Of a stretch of DNA of 64,000 nucleotides, positions 22,174-33,452 are shown piece by piece. This stretch comes from an uncultured Clostridium sp. Lineage in GTDB: Bacteria > Bacillota > Clostridia > Lachnospirales > Lachnospiraceae. The stretch spans positions 48,723 to 112,722 of the forward strand of contig CABTYG010000003.1 in the NCBI GenBank assembly GCA_902488975.1, given 5' to 3'. A program made the position numbers and the translations under genes. Each line of letters opens with the position of its first letter. Position 1 is the stretch's first letter. A model generated the notes under the pieces. That model ran no database searches. It was given only the letters and a program-made list of their open reading frames with translations, and was not told the DNA's origin.

Positions 22174-23022
22174 TTATGAACACCAGCTAATCTTGTTGAA
22201 GTCTATTTTTTTACCATCTACGCAACCCGAATATATTCCTGTTAGCGTATTCTTATAATTTATTAGTTTATCATTCCTATTTATACAGTCGATTATATCG
22301 TATATATGTAAGCTATTTCTGTTAAAAGGAGTTATTCCACCATTACTAACCCAAGTTACCGCAGATAGTAAATCTCCAAGTTTATCATTTATTTTATCAT
22401 CTTCATTCTTTTTAATTTTCTTAAGCCTAGATCTCTCATCGTCTATAAGAATTTGTTTTGCAAATTTATCCTCTGGATTTATTTTATCACTTGGCTTAAA
22501 CCCATTAATGTCACGAATAAATTCTGACACATAAGTAAATATTTTATCATCAATCATGACAGAATTAGTATCATAGTCCGCAACAACCGTATCGCCATTT
22601 TCAGTTTTTGCTAGAATAAAATAGTCCTTGTCTAAAAAGAATCTAAACGCTTTAAAGTAAACATTGTCCATAAACAAATTAGCATATTCATCATCGGAGA
22701 CAGTAGGCTTAATAGAAGATTCATAATAATCAACCATATCTCGGTATCTCATTATAAATAAATCAAATGGTTTAACTTCTTCGTAATCTAAACCCTTATC
22801 ATCTAAATAAACCATATAATCGTATGGGTCACAAAGAAATATGCTCACCCAAGAATAATAAATGTCTTCAAATCTATGTGTTTTATATTCGATTCCAATG
22901 TGTAATATATCTTGTATAATAGGGTGCTTAACATATAAAGAATCTGTTATTTGCAAGTTCTGACCGCTTGTTAAGAATGATTTAGGTATTATTATTTTAT
23001 CATTATTCAAATCCACGACCAC
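22174..23022 (-). CDS. phage virion assembly protein (YomV-like)
   Basis: Gene order; C-terminal GIYSGCVDGKKI..W. Confidence 0.5.
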   Translation of the reverse strand: MVVDLNNDKIIIPKSFLTSGQNLQITDSLYVKHPIIQDILHIGIEYKTHRFEDIYYSWVSIFLCDPYDYMVYLDDKGLDYEEVKPFDLFIMRYRDMVDYYESSIKPTVSDDEYANLFMDNVYFKAFRFFLDKDYFILAKTENGDTVVADYDTNSVMIDDKIFTYVSEFIRDINGFKPSDKINPEDKFAKQILIDDERSRLKKIKKNEDDKINDKLGDLLSAVTWVSNGGITPFNRNSLHIYDIIDCINRNDKLINYKNTLTGIYSGCVDGKKIDFNKISWCS

Positions 23023-23500
23023 CTATATCATTAAAATCTTCAACTTTAAATATTAATTCTCTACATCTATGTTTATTATCTAAACTTTTTTCAACGTTTG
23101 AATATAAATCTAAATATCCAAAACCCAAATCATCTCTACCATTTAACAACCTATCGACGCACACACTCATTTGATCAGTTCTTGTTCCTATGCCATATGG
23201 CACTTTCATTATGTCTTGGTTAGATACGACTAGTATTATTATCTTCATATCCTTAATTAGTTTATCTTTAACCCTAGGACTGTCTACTGATATCATTATA
23301 AAAGACATGGCTTCTGTCACCGTTTCAGGGTTATAAAAGTGAGGGAATATCTTTTTGTGTATTAACCAATCCGTGTCTAGAACAGTCTTAGTTGAAACAT
23401 CTACGTATTTTTCATCTAAAAGCCTAATTAACTCATAATCGTTTTTAATAGCATTCATTATCTTTGCTTTATAAATAGGTATTTCTTTTGAATGAGCCAT
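23003..23500 (-). CDS. putative tail terminator
   Basis: Gene order in head-tail module. Confidence 0.45.
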   Translation of the reverse strand: MAHSKEIPIYKAKIMNAIKNDYELIRLLDEKYVDVSTKTVLDTDWLIHKKIFPHFYNPETVTEAMSFIMISVDSPRVKDKLIKDMKIIILVVSNQDIMKVPYGIGTRTDQMSVCVDRLLNGRDDLGFGYLDLYSNVEKSLDNKHRCRELIFKVEDFNDIGGRGFE

Positions 23501-23503
23501 AAA

Positions 23504-24484
23504 TTACCACCCACTTCCTATTTCTATATTGAGTTCTCCATGATAATCCCCATTCAAATCATTTACTTTAACATTAACTTTTGCTCCTATTAAGTTGTAA
23601 TTTTCTTTGACTTGAATTGTACAATTATCATCGATATAATTAACAGTAAAATAACTTTCGTAACCATTTGGCAAGACTATCTCCCAAACAGGAGTAATAC
23701 CAGACTGAACAGAACCATCAGAATTATAAAATATAGGAGTTAGAGTGCGTTTAGATCCACCAATGTTTAAATTACCATTAATAGATATAGAAGAGTATGT
23801 ATTATCCTTTGGTGGTGTAGTATTATTTGACTTTACATAATTACAAATTCCGAGTTCCACATTATCAACATCAGGGATTAATTCATCAGCTTCAACTAAC
23901 ACTTGGATTAATCCAATATAAGAAGTAGTATCTGTATCTCCAATAATATGATATGGAGTAGGCGGACTTTTTCTATCTACAAAGAATCTTTTATCAGCTT
24001 TAAGCTTAGAAGTGTGCTCATTAAAAGGCAATAGAATGTACTTTTGATTGGATGGAAGAGTAATAACTTTATCTGCGTCTTCTCCGAATGATTTACTGCT
24101 TGTTACGCAAGGATAGGAGAGTATTGCTCCGGTTTCATCTTGCCATTTTAAAGTCCAGTTACATAATTGCATCTTACCCGTCGTGTAAACTTGATTTCCT
24201 TCATCTTTTGAAGTAACCATCCATTCATTTGACTCCCAATTAATATAATCACCGACGTTAAAGTCATCAAAAGGTCTTGCTTTTATAGATTTTATATAGT
24301 CGTTTTTTGTTCTTATAATTAATAACTCCATAACACCATTATTAATTCCGACTTCATAACAGTCAATTGTATCAGCAAACCTATTGTTGATTTGATTTTT
24401 TAAGTGATATAGCTGAACATCTTTTTTACTTTTAGATCCATACATATTGTTAATTTTTTGGTAATATTCCATATCAAAACTCAT
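23504..24484 (-). CDS. putative head closure protein with Ig-like C-terminus
   Basis: GDYINW...CNWTLKWQD pattern; gene order. Confidence 0.5.
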   Translation of the reverse strand: MSFDMEYYQKINNMYGSKSKKDVQLYHLKNQINNRFADTIDCYEVGINNGVMELLIIRTKNDYIKSIKARPFDDFNVGDYINWESNEWMVTSKDEGNQVYTTGKMQLCNWTLKWQDETGAILSYPCVTSSKSFGEDADKVITLPSNQKYILLPFNEHTSKLKADKRFFVDRKSPPTPYHIIGDTDTTSYIGLIQVLVEADELIPDVDNVELGICNYVKSNNTTPPKDNTYSSISINGNLNIGGSKRTLTPIFYNSDGSVQSGITPVWEIVLPNGYESYFTVNYIDDNCTIQVKENYNLIGAKVNVKVNDLNGDYHGELNIEIGSGW

Positions 24485-24495
24485 ACATAACCACC

Positions 24496-24984
24496 TTAAT
24501 ATTCATATTTGCTGTGGTCAATTGTTTTAGGTTTTCCTGTCAATCTATCAGTAGATGCATAATTATCGATTTTCCTTCTGTTTTCTTGACGTATTGTTTC
24601 AATCATATCAGTAAATGTTTTTCTTTCTGTCGCAGGAGAGAATTGATTTAAATCCGATGGAGTCATTGCTATTTTAAAAGCCTTTAATAAAACTAAGTCT
24701 CTCTCAAAATAAACCTCATACATCAAATCTGCAAGCAATCCTTTTTCTTTATTTGTAAGATCAAAATTAAACATTTCAATAGTTTCATCGTAATCAAAAA
24801 AATCGACATCTGGAGAACAGTTATCTGTAAGTTTTTCTATAGCTTCTATTAAGTATCCATTTGCTTGTTTTTCAGCAAGTTTCATGGCTTCAACAATTGA
24901 CATGTTGTAATAATTAAAAAAATCAGTATCTTTTTCAATTCTCCTAAACAGTTTTTTTCTTATGGAATCAAAAAAAGTTGACAT
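24496..24984 (-). CDS. putative head-tail adaptor
   Basis: FNFDLTNKE..LLA...FSPA pattern; gene order after capsid genes. Confidence 0.5.
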   Translation of the reverse strand: MSTFFDSIRKKLFRRIEKDTDFFNYYNMSIVEAMKLAEKQANGYLIEAIEKLTDNCSPDVDFFDYDETIEMFNFDLTNKEKGLLADLMYEVYFERDLVLLKAFKIAMTPSDLNQFSPATERKTFTDMIETIRQENRRKIDNYASTDRLTGKPKTIDHSKYEY

Positions 24985-24999
24985 AGTTCACCTCCAATA

Positions 25000-25746
25000 T
25001 TATTTTTTAGCAGGAGGCCTACCCTGTTTTTTTGGTTGTTTTTCAATTTCAACATTTTCTTTTTCTTGATCACTACCGTTTATTCCAGAATTATTAGATT
25101 GCATATTCATCATCTGTTCAATCATTTTCTGCATTTTCTCCATTTGTTCTTGCAATGCATTGTTTTGTTCTTTAAGTGCAGTTACTTCCTCATTTGGAAT
25201 AGTAGTACTAGTATCTTTTGTCGTTAAAATGATATCTGTTTTGATTTGCTTATTACATAATTCTTTATATCTAGTATTTATAATTCGTTCCACTCTTGTT
25301 GAAATGTCATAGTGGTTAGTATTTTTTAATGAGAAGAAAACACCTCTAACACGTTCAAATAATTGTACATTTCTAATATCAATCAACTTAGAAAGTCCGG
25401 ATAACGAAGGATGTAAAATAATATCTTCAATATCTTTATTAGTTAGAATTTCTTCCCAATCAGTAATTCTCAACGCTTCATAAACATCTTTTTCAATATC
25501 TGCTGGGAATCTCAATGTTCCAATTTTAAAAGCGTTAGAATTACTATTTAATGATTCTATTTCTGAAAATGTAAGTGGCGTAATAGAAGGAGAGTCATGT
25601 TCTGCTGATTGACACAAATATTCCCTCACATGAGTCGTAATAACCACTGGATTTTCATTATAATTTAAAACATTAATTAGTTTGTTTTCATTTATCGTCA
25701 TTAAATAAATCAACCTTTCATTATAGTAATGTGGTAGAGGCGTCAA
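25000..25746 (-). CDS. phage protein (YonA-like); true start probably MTINENK at ~25701
   Basis: Gene order after major capsid; KKQGRPP tail. Confidence 0.5.
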   Translation of the reverse strand: MTPLPHYYNERLIYLMTINENKLINVLNYNENPVVITTHVREYLCQSAEHDSPSITPLTFSEIESLNSNSNAFKIGTLRFPADIEKDVYEALRITDWEEILTNKDIEDIILHPSLSGLSKLIDIRNVQLFERVRGVFFSLKNTNHYDISTRVERIINTRYKELCNKQIKTDIILTTKDTSTTIPNEEVTALKEQNNALQEQMEKMQKMIEQMMNMQSNNSGINGSDQEKENVEIEKQPKKQGRPPAKK

Positions 25747-25769
25747 CCCCTACCACATGAGTAATTTTA

Positions 25770-26762
25770 TTAAGCAGAGAATACAATCTTTGCTACATTC
25801 TCAATATTAGTAATAGCATAGGAATATGTAAAGTCTGCAATTTTGATATTTACAGCTTCTTTATTGTTGTCTAGTGTTTCATATACATGTAAATCACCTT
25901 TCATATCAAGGGTTCCAATCTTACCAGCCACACCAAAGATTCTCTTATCAGGAATTAATAAATCTCCATTACCTTGCTTTCTAGCTGAAGAAATTCCTGC
26001 AATACGTAATCCATCAAATAAATCAACTAAACCATATCTGTTAAATCTGTCTTTCATGGCATCTGACATATATTGATGATAGCCGTCCATTCTCCCGATC
26101 TGTTGCGCATATTTTGTTAATCCGACAGCAACTGAATTAGGGTTTCGATCATTCAGATATAATGCTAATGCGTCCATTGCTACTTGGGTAGGTTTTGCCC
26201 CAGTAACATCAATTTTTTGCTCACCACCAGTAATAGCGGCATCGATAGTTCCAAACAAATCGTAGAACAAAGCATTGTAAAGAGCTTCCTTACCGAACGT
26301 GGTAAGTTTCGCAATTGATTTAAATCCATTTTTTCTTAAATCCACATAAGAAATATCAGTCTCTACTTGTCTGTTTTTGGTAGTCGGTGTTAATACACTA
26401 AAGTCAATCCAACTTTTATCAACATTGCCACCTTTTGCAGCTTCATATGCAACCAGTGTGTTTTTAGCTTCTCTTTGAGCTTCATAATCATCAAATTCAC
26501 CAATAGAACCTCTATCAAACATCTGGTCTAAAAGTTCATCAGGAGCATTATATACTTCTTCAGTCACTGTTCTCTTAATATAAGCAGCAATTTCGTGATC
26601 ATTATCCATTCCTTTTTCGCCAATTTCTCTTGCCCATGCATCACACACTTGAGCAATTTCTTTTTCCTCTGCTGTGAGATTTAAATTATATTCTGTCTTC
26701 TGTGCTACGTCATACATAACATTATCTTTATTCATTAACTCAGCGATTTCAGTTCTTAACAT
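25770..26762 (-). CDS. major capsid protein
   Basis: 330 aa after scaffold and decoration genes, strong RBS, followed by a stable hairpin (25731-25756). Confidence 0.8.
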   Translation of the reverse strand: MLRTEIAELMNKDNVMYDVAQKTEYNLNLTAEEKEIAQVCDAWAREIGEKGMDNDHEIAAYIKRTVTEEVYNAPDELLDQMFDRGSIGEFDDYEAQREAKNTLVAYEAAKGGNVDKSWIDFSVLTPTTKNRQVETDISYVDLRKNGFKSIAKLTTFGKEALYNALFYDLFGTIDAAITGGEQKIDVTGAKPTQVAMDALALYLNDRNPNSVAVGLTKYAQQIGRMDGYHQYMSDAMKDRFNRYGLVDLFDGLRIAGISSARKQGNGDLLIPDKRIFGVAGKIGTLDMKGDLHVYETLDNNKEAVNIKIADFTYSYAITNIENVAKIVFSA

Positions 26763-26795
26763 TATTAGAATCCTCCGTTTCTATTTATGATATAA

Positions 26796-27269
26796 TTAGG
26801 CATTTGTAACAGTAGTAGCCGAAACCTCTACTATTGCCAAAGTACGTCCAGCATCATCAAATGTACCTCCATAGATATATCTCGTAGGAACACTTGTCGC
26901 AGTGGCTTTTGCAAATTTACCATCTGCTCCAACCATAAGAGCGTTACCAACTACTAGTCCAGCAGGATTAAATTGGTCAGTAGCATATCGTTCACCAATC
27001 ATCAGTGGAATTAGTTTAACTGGCTCGTCTTTTGCAATATCGATAAAATTCGCATCATAGTCAGACATATCTCCTCTAGCACAATTAATTCCAGTAGGAA
27101 CTCTTTCTTTTGCAACTAAAAAGAAACCATCCTTCGTAGCTGCCACCGGTAAATCTGCTGTTTTGTCGGCAAAATTCTTCACTACAGCCATACCAACTTT
27201 CATTGTAACATCGGCCTTATACATTGCATCAATAGGTTTATTTACTTGTGTTTGTAATTCTCTTAACAT
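26796..27269 (-). CDS. head decoration/cement protein
   Basis: 157 aa between scaffold and capsid genes; GERYATDQF. Confidence 0.6.
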   Translation of the reverse strand: MLRELQTQVNKPIDAMYKADVTMKVGMAVVKNFADKTADLPVAATKDGFFLVAKERVPTGINCARGDMSDYDANFIDIAKDEPVKLIPLMIGERYATDQFNPAGLVVGNALMVGADGKFAKATATSVPTRYIYGGTFDDAGRTLAIVEVSATTVTNA

Positions 27270-27270
27270 A

Positions 27271-28764
27271 TTATCTACCTCCCAAAAAAGTTTTCATAAT
27301 TGATTTAGCATCCAGTTCATCCTCAACATTGTTAAGATTAGTTGAAGCGGTCATTCTATTCTCAGTAGAAGACATCTCTACCTTTTGTTCTTTTTTGTTG
27401 TTCAAGGATTCAATTAATCTTTCAGCAACAACTGCCTTTAAAGATTTTTCGTCAAGTGAATCAACAAAAGATTTTAGTTCTTCAGAAGTTTCTATTTCTT
27501 CTTTTGTAATAAATCCTGTTTTAACTATTGAAGCAATTAATGTGTTTTTCTTTTCTTCTTGCTCGGATGTTATTCGAAGTTGTTCTGCTGATTCAAATTT
27601 TTCCTTAAACGGAATCAACTCTACAATCTCAGTTTTTAAACTAGATATTTCAATACCAGCCTTAACAATAGCATCATCTTTAGTTGCAATTTGAGTCTCC
27701 AATTCAGCTATTTTAATATTCATCTCTGCAACACTAACTGTTAATTTAACATTTTCTGGATCGGATATAGTTACAACATCATTCTCAATTGTGTATGTAA
27801 AACGAATATAATCTAACTCAGAGTCACGTTCTTCAACTTCAACCCAAACTTCTCCATCTTTAGGGAAATGCATAAATATCCAGCACCATTTTCCCAACTT
27901 TGTAACACATGCTTCTCTAACTTTTTTTCTTAAGTCCCATTCTGTCAGTTGTGAAACATCAAAACAGTCTGAAGTATTTTCATCAATCGGAGACGTTGTT
28001 TTTTCTCCTCCAAATTGTACTTCAGCTATATTAGTGTTTTCACTCACAACAACAGTATCTTTATTTTTTTTCATTATTTTTTGGTTACCTCCTTCTGTAG
28101 TATTATTATTTAAACTCTCAACCATATCTTGAGAGAGAGCTAGCTCTAATTCTTCGTCATGTTGATCAGATGCTATTTCAAGCAACCCACTTGATTGGTA
28201 TGCTGGGGCAACATTTTGACCTAATAAACAGTGTCCAATGAATCTACCTACATTAATAATTTTTGTTAACAATCCATCAACGATACCTTGTGACCAATCA
28301 ACAGTTGAAATTTCCCAACTCGTATTAAGGTTTCCACTTTTTATTCTACTGACTATAACATCACAAGCTTTTGCAAAACGCTTCCAAATCTCACACGATG
28401 CGACTATGACTTCAGTTTCATTAATTGTTTCAATTCCAACATCAAAAAAAGTACCAAAAGCTTCTGTGTCAAATTCAAGCTCTTGATACTTATTCCCATT
28501 ACCATCTACTTTTTCTATTTTCTTAACATTATGCCCGGTAAAGTCGTAAGTGCCGTCATATTTCATTTTAATTTTGCCTACAAGTGGTTTATTTTTTAGA
28601 GTCCCAACCCACTGTTCAATAGTATCTCGATTCAAAGCAGTCCCATTTGCGTTCCTACCGAAGTCACAAATAATGAACTTTGCGATAAATGAATCCGGAT
28701 TAGTCTGTTCTTCACTTAAAAATACTTGAGTGCTATAAAAAGTAATATTATCCAACCGTATCAC
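27271..28764 (-). CDS. prohead protease/scaffold (YonD-like)
   Basis: N-terminal protease-like region (NANG, WKRF, TSWEI, CLLG..VAPAY) plus acidic coiled-coil C-terminus. Confidence 0.7.
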   Translation of the reverse strand: MIRLDNITFYSTQVFLSEEQTNPDSFIAKFIICDFGRNANGTALNRDTIEQWVGTLKNKPLVGKIKMKYDGTYDFTGHNVKKIEKVDGNGNKYQELEFDTEAFGTFFDVGIETINETEVIVASCEIWKRFAKACDVIVSRIKSGNLNTSWEISTVDWSQGIVDGLLTKIINVGRFIGHCLLGQNVAPAYQSSGLLEIASDQHDEELELALSQDMVESLNNNTTEGGNQKIMKKNKDTVVVSENTNIAEVQFGGEKTTSPIDENTSDCFDVSQLTEWDLRKKVREACVTKLGKWCWIFMHFPKDGEVWVEVEERDSELDYIRFTYTIENDVVTISDPENVKLTVSVAEMNIKIAELETQIATKDDAIVKAGIEISSLKTEIVELIPFKEKFESAEQLRITSEQEEKKNTLIASIVKTGFITKEEIETSEELKSFVDSLDEKSLKAVVAERLIESLNNKKEQKVEMSSTENRMTASTNLNNVEDELDAKSIMKTFLGGR

Positions 28765-28933
28765 CTCCTTTCACACCAAAACAAATTCCATATATCTCAA
28801 ATATATTATTTTCAGAATATTGTTTATCAATTGAAACATCTGTATCTTCACAATACTCCTTTAAATTAACGTGGATATCATTACCACAACAAGGACACCT
28901 AACATTAATACTATTCAAACACAACCCCCTCAC
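28748..28933 (-). CDS. small zinc-finger protein
   Basis: RCPCCG; fills the portal-scaffold gap. Confidence 0.45.
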   Translation of the reverse strand: MRGLCLNSINVRCPCCGNDIHVNLKEYCEDTDVSIDKQYSENNIFEIYGICFGVKGGDTVG

Positions 28934-30573
28934 TATAAAGAATCTTGTCTATTCTCATCATATATTTGCTTATTACTTTCCTTGCCTTTTTTACGTCCAA
29001 CTTTTTTTTCTGTTGTTGGTAAAATAGTACCTTTTCCAGAGCTAGTATAAGCAGTTCCTCGTGGGAAGAACACATCTTGTAGATTTTCCTGATTTTCTTT
29101 GATACGTTTCTGTTTTTCATCTTCAACAGAAAGCCCAAGAATTTCAAATGCAGTTTCATATGAAGTGTTGAATTTACAAAACAATAATTCAGCAAAATCT
29201 TTCTTTAACTCAAATTCTAATTGTTCACTATCTATAATTTGAATAGTAGGACAGCAATCAACAGGGAGCCCATTGTCCTCCAATGCTTGTTTATACCATT
29301 TTTTTATTATATCCTCTAATTGTTCAGAAATTTTGTTTATGGTACGCATCAACTGTGTCACTGATATATTAGCAGTAGATACGGATTGTGAATTAGAGTC
29401 CATTAAAAAGCCTATTCCCAAAGTACTTAAAACTCTAGACCTATAATTATTTACTGTATTTGTGTCGGTTAACTCTATTTCAGGCTCAACATATTTAATG
29501 TCTTCAACTGTCGCAGGAGTCGTTACAACAACCGTTGGTTGTTTCCATGCTGACATAAAATTGTTATGAGCATATGCCATTTCTTCAAAACCTTTTTTAG
29601 TAAAATCAGTACCTAAAACTTCTTTGCGTAACTTTTGATGAATAATTTTCTTAGCTTTTGCTTTACTGTTAACTCTATCCGCATTATCAAAAGTCTCTAG
29701 CATTGATAACGACTCTAGTGATCTAAATATAGGTGATAACCCATATTTTCTGTTCATATTCCCGGTACGTATAACACCAGTGTATTTAATATCCAATTTG
29801 GCATACTGCTCTTTTCCAACAAATGCATCATATACCTCTTCTGGATAATTAGCTTTAACTTCTTCATCCATGTTTTTAAAAAATAAAGGTGTGTTTTTTC
29901 TATTTTTTTTATATACTTTTTGAAGTCTTGTACGTAATTCTTGAACGTTGAATAAGACTACAGGCTCGCCATTTATATCATAGTCAGAAATTTCACAAAC
30001 GCCCAATGGATAGTAGTCTACAACATATCCACCATTATCTTTGTGTCTTAAATAAGAGATATAAGTCCCTTCACAATAAGGCGTTGTTACAGCATTTCTA
30101 ATTAATTTTTTTAATTTAATGTCCTCATTAAACGAATTAATAAAATTCTTTACATTTGTAAGTTGCTTCATTTTATTTTCGTCTAATGACTCATTATTAT
30201 AAGAAAGTTTTATTTCTGTATTAATATTCGTTTCTATTGATTCAACGGTTTTACCAACAATATCATTTTTGTTAATCTGTTTTCGTATAATTGAATTTAT
30301 TACTTTTATTTTACTAATATCGTTTTGAGCGTTTTCAGATAACTCATCTAAATATTCAGGGGTTATTTTATCGGATGGTGACCTACCGTCTGATAAATAT
30401 GCCGAGTATCTTTGGTTAGATGAATCATATGCATTTAAAGCTGAGAATAATAATTTCTGAGTCAACTCTTCAGTTGACGTTATTATCACTGTGTCATCTT
30501 TTTTTGAGGAAATAATAACTTCAAAATCTGATTCTTCAGGGAGTATATTAGTTGTATCTGACATTTTCACCAT
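28933..30573 (-). CDS. portal protein
   Basis: 546 aa directly after terminase; KYGLSP motif. Confidence 0.8.
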   Translation of the reverse strand: MVKMSDTTNILPEESDFEVIISSKKDDTVIITSTEELTQKLLFSALNAYDSSNQRYSAYLSDGRSPSDKITPEYLDELSENAQNDISKIKVINSIIRKQINKNDIVGKTVESIETNINTEIKLSYNNESLDENKMKQLTNVKNFINSFNEDIKLKKLIRNAVTTPYCEGTYISYLRHKDNGGYVVDYYPLGVCEISDYDINGEPVVLFNVQELRTRLQKVYKKNRKNTPLFFKNMDEEVKANYPEEVYDAFVGKEQYAKLDIKYTGVIRTGNMNRKYGLSPIFRSLESLSMLETFDNADRVNSKAKAKKIIHQKLRKEVLGTDFTKKGFEEMAYAHNNFMSAWKQPTVVVTTPATVEDIKYVEPEIELTDTNTVNNYRSRVLSTLGIGFLMDSNSQSVSTANISVTQLMRTINKISEQLEDIIKKWYKQALEDNGLPVDCCPTIQIIDSEQLEFELKKDFAELLFCKFNTSYETAFEILGLSVEDEKQKRIKENQENLQDVFFPRGTAYTSSGKGTILPTTEKKVGRKKGKESNKQIYDENRQDSL

Positions 30574-30579
30574 CCTTTC

Positions 30580-33452
30580 TTAATCAAATGATATATTAGA
30601 AACAAATACAGGCGCATGGGAATAGTCCGCTTCAAGCTTGTTTGTTAAACTTCTCTCAAGCTGACATTGAACCCAATAGTTGTATCCTACACTCGAAACT
30701 CGGTCTTTTCTCATTCCTGACTTTTCAAATACTTTTAAGTTTGTTCCTTTGGTCTCATATTCAAGATTTATTAGTTCATTGATAAGTAACGTTGTATGTA
30801 TATATGGCATTTGAAGAGATATTTTCTCACTAGATGAAAGCGAATTATATCCACGAATATCTTTTAATAGTTCTTCAGCCTCGAATTCATTTATCAATAA
30901 ATTAATTTTATTTTGACGAAAACCCTCTCTTAGAGATAGATACATATCGTTATTAAACTGAGCAGTTGCTTGAATAGCCCATATCACCTTGGGTGCGTTT
31001 TCAACCTTACATCTTTCGGCATACACTTTATCATTAAAACAACTTAGTGCTCCGTAAGTTTCCCCGGTTAGTGGGTCATACATATCTTTAATTAAACAGT
31101 CGTAAACGCCCAACCCAATACCTTTTACGTCTAGGGCTATATATGTACACTTAAACATAGAAAAATATCTTCTTACAATAAGAGCTAATTCATCGGTGTT
31201 TAATCCTTCATGATTTTCGGTGTAAATTAAGTTTCCAATATATTTTTCATCAGATGTTGGAAGAGCACTATTAATAAATATTGAAGCTGCGTCATTATTC
31301 TGCTTTTTAGAAGCCAATAATGCAACGTCAACAGACAAGATACGTTGTTCTTTTAATTTTAACTCGGGAATTTTTAAAGATTTGTCCGACAATAATCTAG
31401 ATATATCTGATGGATATACGCATTTTTTAAGAATTCTGTTTTTAGAAGTATCTTCGTAAGAGAATAGGCTGCCATCCTTATCACCATACCATAAACATCC
31501 CATTTCCATATCCCACGCCATCTCACTAAAATCAGCCTCAGACATCTCATCTGCAACCTGTTCCCGTGACAGAAGTCCTTCTTTTATAGAAATTTGATAT
31601 GGTAGGCCACATATAAAATATTTTTTAGCGTCATTTACTAAATTAGCACAATAAGCTTTTGCCTTTTCAAATGACCAATGGCTTTTAAACCAACAACTCG
31701 ACATATATATTTCTTTATTTCTCTCTACAAGGTGTTTATATTCTTTCAAATTTAAATACTTCGGAGTTCTTGGAGCCGTTAGAAATTTTCTAAGAACTGT
31801 ATTAATAACGTTCAAATCCACCATTCTGAATTCATCAGTTATTAATATGTTTGCTCTAGCAGAACGACCAGAGTCTGATGCAGTAACTACTTTTATCCAA
31901 GAGCCGTTCTTAAATAATATGTAAGCTTTGTTCTGTCCAACTGAAAATTCTTCTATTTCCAATTTAAGATTATCAGACTTATCTAAGAAATCAGTTGTTA
32001 TCTTTTCTAATACTTCATTGGCCTGATTTCTATTTTTAGATGCAACACATATTTTCGTTCCAGGATATAAAATACAACGAATTGTACAAAACAGGGCGGT
32101 TAACCATGTTTTTCCTTGCAATTTGTTATCCTATAGGCTTTTTATCCTATAGTTCTTATAGTTTCCTATAAGTTCAGCATACATTTTCATCCTCGACTTT
32201 ACGTTTGGATGGTGGAGACTCTTGGGAGTATTATATTCTATTAAAAATAGTTTCAACTCCTATGCGTTACGGACGACTATTATCCTTTAAATAACAGTTT
32301 ACCTCGGTATTGGCATATCTTTCGACTTAGCGTTCACCGATTTTCCCCACTTTATTACCTGCTTATTTCTAAGCAGGAGAGCCATAATAGGATTTATATA
32401 TTTCATATTTTCTTTTTAATAATTGACAATTAGAATTTTCATATATCTTATCCAAAATAATTTTTACATCAGATTGCCTAAAATAAATTAATTGATATTT
32501 ATTATCTGTTTCTTTATATATTGAACCATTAATTCCTAAAATGGTTTTTATTGAAGTAAGTATGTATTCTAAAAATAATTTATTAGAATTAACAAAATGT
32601 AATCTTATATAATTCCTTTTATTTATTGAAATACACCCATCACCATCATTAAACCCTCTTAAAAAATCAAAAAAGTAATTATCACAAATCGGAAAATCTA
32701 TTAAATTCGTTTTATTTTGCTTTACATTTAACTTAATCAAGTCGCTTATTAATTGTTTAGAATAAATCCTAATAACACAACTGTTAGTGTCATATTTATA
32801 ACCATTAAAAGATTTTTTAGAATGTTTTAATGTTATATTATGCACTCCACCTAATTCATTGTTAAAATCTTCAAGCAAAGCTATATCAGAATCTTTTAAT
32901 TCAATCCCCAATTCATAATTCCTATTTTTATCATTACAGACAATATAACCATCAGCATAAATAAAGCCCAACCAATATGCTTGATTAGGCGATTCAATAT
33001 TTTTAAAGTAATGATTATTAAACTTTCTTATTTTAGCCATCCCCATACCGTTTACTTTTCCACGTATTTGACGCTCAGTAAAACCAAGTATGTTACCAAT
33101 ATCTTTATAAGACATTTTATTATAATTATTCTTTATAAAATCTAATTGTGTTTTTGAAAATATGCTACTCATTTCATTCCCTCCCTTATGATTTATAAGA
33201 AAGGGTGGGAGGTACTTATCCTCCAAATCCCTTTTGTTAACCCCTTGCTGCTAAATACATGAAATAATTGCTAATATTCATCATATATAGCAATACTACT
33301 TGGAATAACTTTAATGTAATTCCCAAATAGTCTTTTGCAAACCTGTGTGGGTTAGCTCGATAAAAACTGCACCATGTAGCGACGCCATTCATTATCTTAG
33401 CAGCCTTGTCATTGGCCACCTCTTGTTCTGTTTTTTTACGAGTTTGAATCAT
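30580..33452 (-). CDS. terL: terminase large subunit, two exons (33452-33240 and 32118-30580), 583 aa spliced
   Basis: Splicing restores Walker A AARG|QGKTW; Walker B LITDEFR; nuclease motifs [20 protein letters not shown]. Confidence 0.92.
32119..33239 (-). ncRNA. group I intron in terminase gene
   Basis: Exon ends GGGGU, pairing with GCUCU located after the ORF; P2 CCUGCUUA-GAAA-UAAGCAGG; P3 GUGGGG/CUCCAC; P7 GCAUA/UAUGC; omega-G at 32119. Confidence 0.9.
32369..33172 (-). CDS. intron-encoded LAGLIDADG homing endonuclease
   Basis: [10 protein letters not shown] and [11 protein letters not shown] motifs; ATG 33172 after GGGAGG (ORF track extends to 33226). Confidence 0.88.
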   Translation of the reverse strand: MSSIFSKTQLDFIKNNYNKMSYKDIGNILGFTERQIRGKVNGMGMAKIRKFNNHYFKNIESPNQAYWLGFIYADGYIVCNDKNRNYELGIELKDSDIALLEDFNNELGGVHNITLKHSKKSFNGYKYDTNSCVIRIYSKQLISDLIKLNVKQNKTNLIDFPICDNYFFDFLRGFNDGDGCISINKRNYIRLHFVNSNKLFLEYILTSIKTILGINGSIYKETDNKYQLIYFRQSDVKIILDKIYENSNCQLLKRKYEIYKSYYGSPA

